NCBI GenBank assembly: GCA_020850995.1
Contig: JADZDP010000136.1
Span: 114 to 64,113 of the forward strand
DNA: 64,000 bases
Direction of reading: 5' to 3'
Source of the DNA: Deltaproteobacteria bacterium
Lineage (GTDB): Bacteria > Myxococcota > UBA727 > VGSZ01
Shown here: positions 62,058-64,000 of the stretch, in pieces
Layout: each line of letters opens with the position of its first letter
Numbering within the stretch: the first letter of the stretch is position 1
Notes under the pieces: model-generated
What the model was told of the DNA's origin: nothing
What the model saw: only the letters and a program-made list of their open reading frames with translations
Databases searched by the model: none
Position numbers and translations under genes: made by a program

Positions 62058-63515
62058 ATGTGGACACCAGCGCTCCTTTCGCTCGCGATCGCTGCAGGCA
62101 CACCTGCGATCTCCGCGTCGCACCAGTGCCGAACCCTCGAGAAGCTGCGGCAGCCCCACCTGGTGCAGCGCGTCGCCTTCGCCCCGCTCGAGCAAGGTGC
62201 GCGCGCGCTGCGCGACGCCTTCGGCAGCTTCGAGCACGTGCGTGAGAGCGATCACTTCGCCCTCAAGTGGGGCCCCACCGGCAGCTTCGACGCCGAGGCC
62301 GACGCCATCCTCGGCGCCCTCGAAGGCGCGTGGCAGGTGGAGGTGGGGGAGCTCGGCTTCCTGCCGCCCCACACCACCGAGGCCTTCAAGATGAACGTGT
62401 ACATCGGTGATACCGGTGGCGCCGCGCCCTCGGCCGAGGGAGCGGGCGGCTATTTCTGGTACGACCCCGAGGGCTTCCCCCACCTGGTCCTCTCGCAAGA
62501 CGCGGCGCGCTTCGGCGGCGGCTGGACGGCGGCGCACGAGCTCTTCCACGCCGTGCAAGATCGCTACGCCAGCTACGAGTACGAGGGCCTCAGCGGCTGG
62601 TTCTGGGAGGCCACCGCCGAGTGGGCGGCCTCCCATGTGCTGCCCGACGACTGGGAGCACGGCTCGTTCTTGGGCGGCTACGCGCTCTTGCCGCACCTGT
62701 CGGTGAGCCACTTCGACTACCCGGACAGCGGCGCCATCGAGGAGTACCACCACTACGGCGCCTTCATCTTCCCCCGCTTCATCGACGAGCTGCTCGACGA
62801 TCCAAGCGTCATCCGCGCCACCTGGGAGAATGAGGAGGGCAGCGAGGACCCGCTCGTCACGCTCGCTCGAGCGACCGACGCGCGCGGCGCCGACCTGCGC
62901 GACCTGTTCGCGCTCTTCGCCACCAGCATGCTCGACGTGAGCGGCTACGATCACGCCGCGCACTACGCGGACAACGTCGAGCAATGGGCCAGCATGCTGC
63001 CCGACGACGACCACCGTGTGGTTGCCATCGAGCTGGGCCCAACTGAGGGCCTGGTGGAGGCGCCCGAGCACACCTTGCCGCGCCGCTTCGGCATCAACGC
63101 CGTGCGCTTCGAGCGCCCTGCTGACGGCCCGTGGCAGCTTCGTTTCGAGGGCGCCCTCGAGGGTGACCGCGGCACCGAGGCCGTGTGGGCGCCCCATGTC
63201 GTCGTCACCGGCGCGCAGGGCAAGACCGAGCTGCCGCTCAAGCTCGACGGCGGCTCGGCCACGCTCGAGCTCGAGCTCTCGGAAACCGACCAGGTCGCCC
63301 TGGTGGTGCCGCAGCTGGCCCTGGCCCGCTCCGTCGACGAGCGCTTCGCGTACTCCTACGCCCTGGAGCGCCCAGCCAAGCTCGAGCCCGCCGTGCAGGA
63401 GCCCGAGGACGAGGGCGAGAAGGAGCGCCCCTTCTTCGGCTGCGCGAGCGGCGGCACCCCCGGCGCGCTGGTGCTCGCCCTCGTGGCGCTGCTGCGTCGT
63501 CGACGCCGCGGGTGA
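62058..63515 (+). CDS. secreted HExxH zinc-metalloprotease-like protein with MYXO-CTERM-type C-terminal sorting tail
   Basis: HELFHAVQ; C-terminus GCASGGTPGALVLALVALLRRRRRG (GC motif, hydrophobic helix, Arg cluster). Confidence 0.6.
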   Translation: MWTPALLSLAIAAGTPAISASHQCRTLEKLRQPHLVQRVAFAPLEQGARALRDAFGSFEHVRESDHFALKWGPTGSFDAEADAILGALEGAWQVEVGELGFLPPHTTEAFKMNVYIGDTGGAAPSAEGAGGYFWYDPEGFPHLVLSQDAARFGGGWTAAHELFHAVQDRYASYEYEGLSGWFWEATAEWAASHVLPDDWEHGSFLGGYALLPHLSVSHFDYPDSGAIEEYHHYGAFIFPRFIDELLDDPSVIRATWENEEGSEDPLVTLARATDARGADLRDLFALFATSMLDVSGYDHAAHYADNVEQWASMLPDDDHRVVAIELGPTEGLVEAPEHTLPRRFGINAVRFERPADGPWQLRFEGALEGDRGTEAVWAPHVVVTGAQGKTELPLKLDGGSATLELELSETDQVALVVPQLALARSVDERFAYSYALERPAKLEPAVQEPEDEGEKERPFFGCASGGTPGALVLALVALLRRRRRG

Positions 63516-63746
63516 TCATGCGCGGCGCGGTGGCAGCTGCTCGAGCGCGGCCACATCGTCGAGATCGCGGGGCCGCCCCGCCGCGCGCTGGCTCTTGCGC
63601 AGGGGCTCGCGAGCGATGAACGGCAGCCGGAGCCCGTCGAGCTCGACGTTGATCATGCCGTCGCGCGCTTCTTCGAACAGGACGCCGTCGATGGTGGTGG
63701 TGTTGTCGATGGCGTCGCCCCGCCCTGAGCCGATGCGGAACATCAC
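63516..63746 (-). CDS. short ORF, possible fragment of a nucleotidyltransferase-like protein
   Basis: RAAGRPRDLDDVAALEQL resembles the GRPKDLxDhxxL C-terminal motif; only 76 aa. Confidence 0.2.
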   Translation of the reverse strand: MMFRIGSGRGDAIDNTTTIDGVLFEEARDGMINVELDGLRLPFIAREPLRKSQRAAGRPRDLDDVAALEQLPPRRA

Positions 63747-63850
63747 GCCGGGCGCGGCGCGATCGTCGACGACGAGGCCCTGGTAGGGCGCGCCGAAGCG
63801 GCCAATGGCGGCATGGCGGCAACCCGCGCGCGCTCCGCGCGCGAGCCAAG

Positions 63851-64000
63851 CTACACCTGCGTTTGCATGGTCTGCTTGACGCCCGAGGTGGCCTTCTCGA
63901 CGACCTTCGAGGTCATCTCGAGCTCTTGCGAGAACTTGTAGACGGCAGCCTGAATCGCGAGCAGCTCCTGGTTGCCGTAGGTCTTGCCGCTGGTGGCCAT
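63851..64000 (-). CDS. small protein (49 aa) MATSGKTYGNQELLAIQAAVYKFSQELEMTSKVVEKATSGVKQTMQTQV
   Basis: complete ORF at window edge; helical, Q/K/T-rich. Confidence 0.3.
   Translation of the reverse strand: MATSGKTYGNQELLAIQAAVYKFSQELEMTSKVVEKATSGVKQTMQTQV

Overview
High-GC (~70%) chromosomal segment that looks like a myxobacterium (Deltaproteobacteria/Myxococcales). Evidence for that: a C-terminal MYXO-CTERM-like sorting tail on one secreted protease, many Ser/Thr kinases, PilZ/GGDEF proteins, and Cys-rich secreted lipoproteins. There is about one gene per kb on both strands. Most genes are housekeeping or core: mtnA, ftsE-ftsX-envC, yidC-jag, queF, xseB-ispA, a fused 1264-aa xanthine dehydrogenase, PBP1A, a Fe/Mn superoxide dismutase, ahcY, two RlmI-like rRNA methyltransferases, a SMUG1-type UDG, a DTW tRNA-modification enzyme, and one tRNA-Ile(GAT). 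Between them sits a dense set of signalling genes: a histidine kinase with an NtrC-type sigma54 activator, a translationally coupled PilZ-REC/GGDEF-membrane protein trio, a PP2C phosphatase fused to a cNMP-binding domain, a tandem-PilZ protein beside a DUF4388 protein, two eukaryotic-like kinases (one with a degenerate catalytic loop) and a pseudo-receiver protein. I saw no CRISPR array, rRNA, integrase/transposase or obvious prophage. The most unusual loci are: (i) a lipoprotein-M20 peptidase-atypical kinase-HExxH protease(MYXO-CTERM) operon at 58.6-63.5 kb; (ii) the PilZ/GGDEF module at 9.5-12 kb; (iii) the PP2C-cNMP fusion and the neighbouring Cys-rich/PilZ/DUF4388 cluster at 40-46 kb; (iv) three consecutive perfect hairpins at 58.42-58.52 kb and an AT-rich imperfect inverted repeat at 13.6-13.9 kb; (v) in-frame tandem repeats (NTAP x9, (GE)n) and a 12-nt repeat in the ahcY leader. 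All functional calls come from motif recognition by eye, with no database search.
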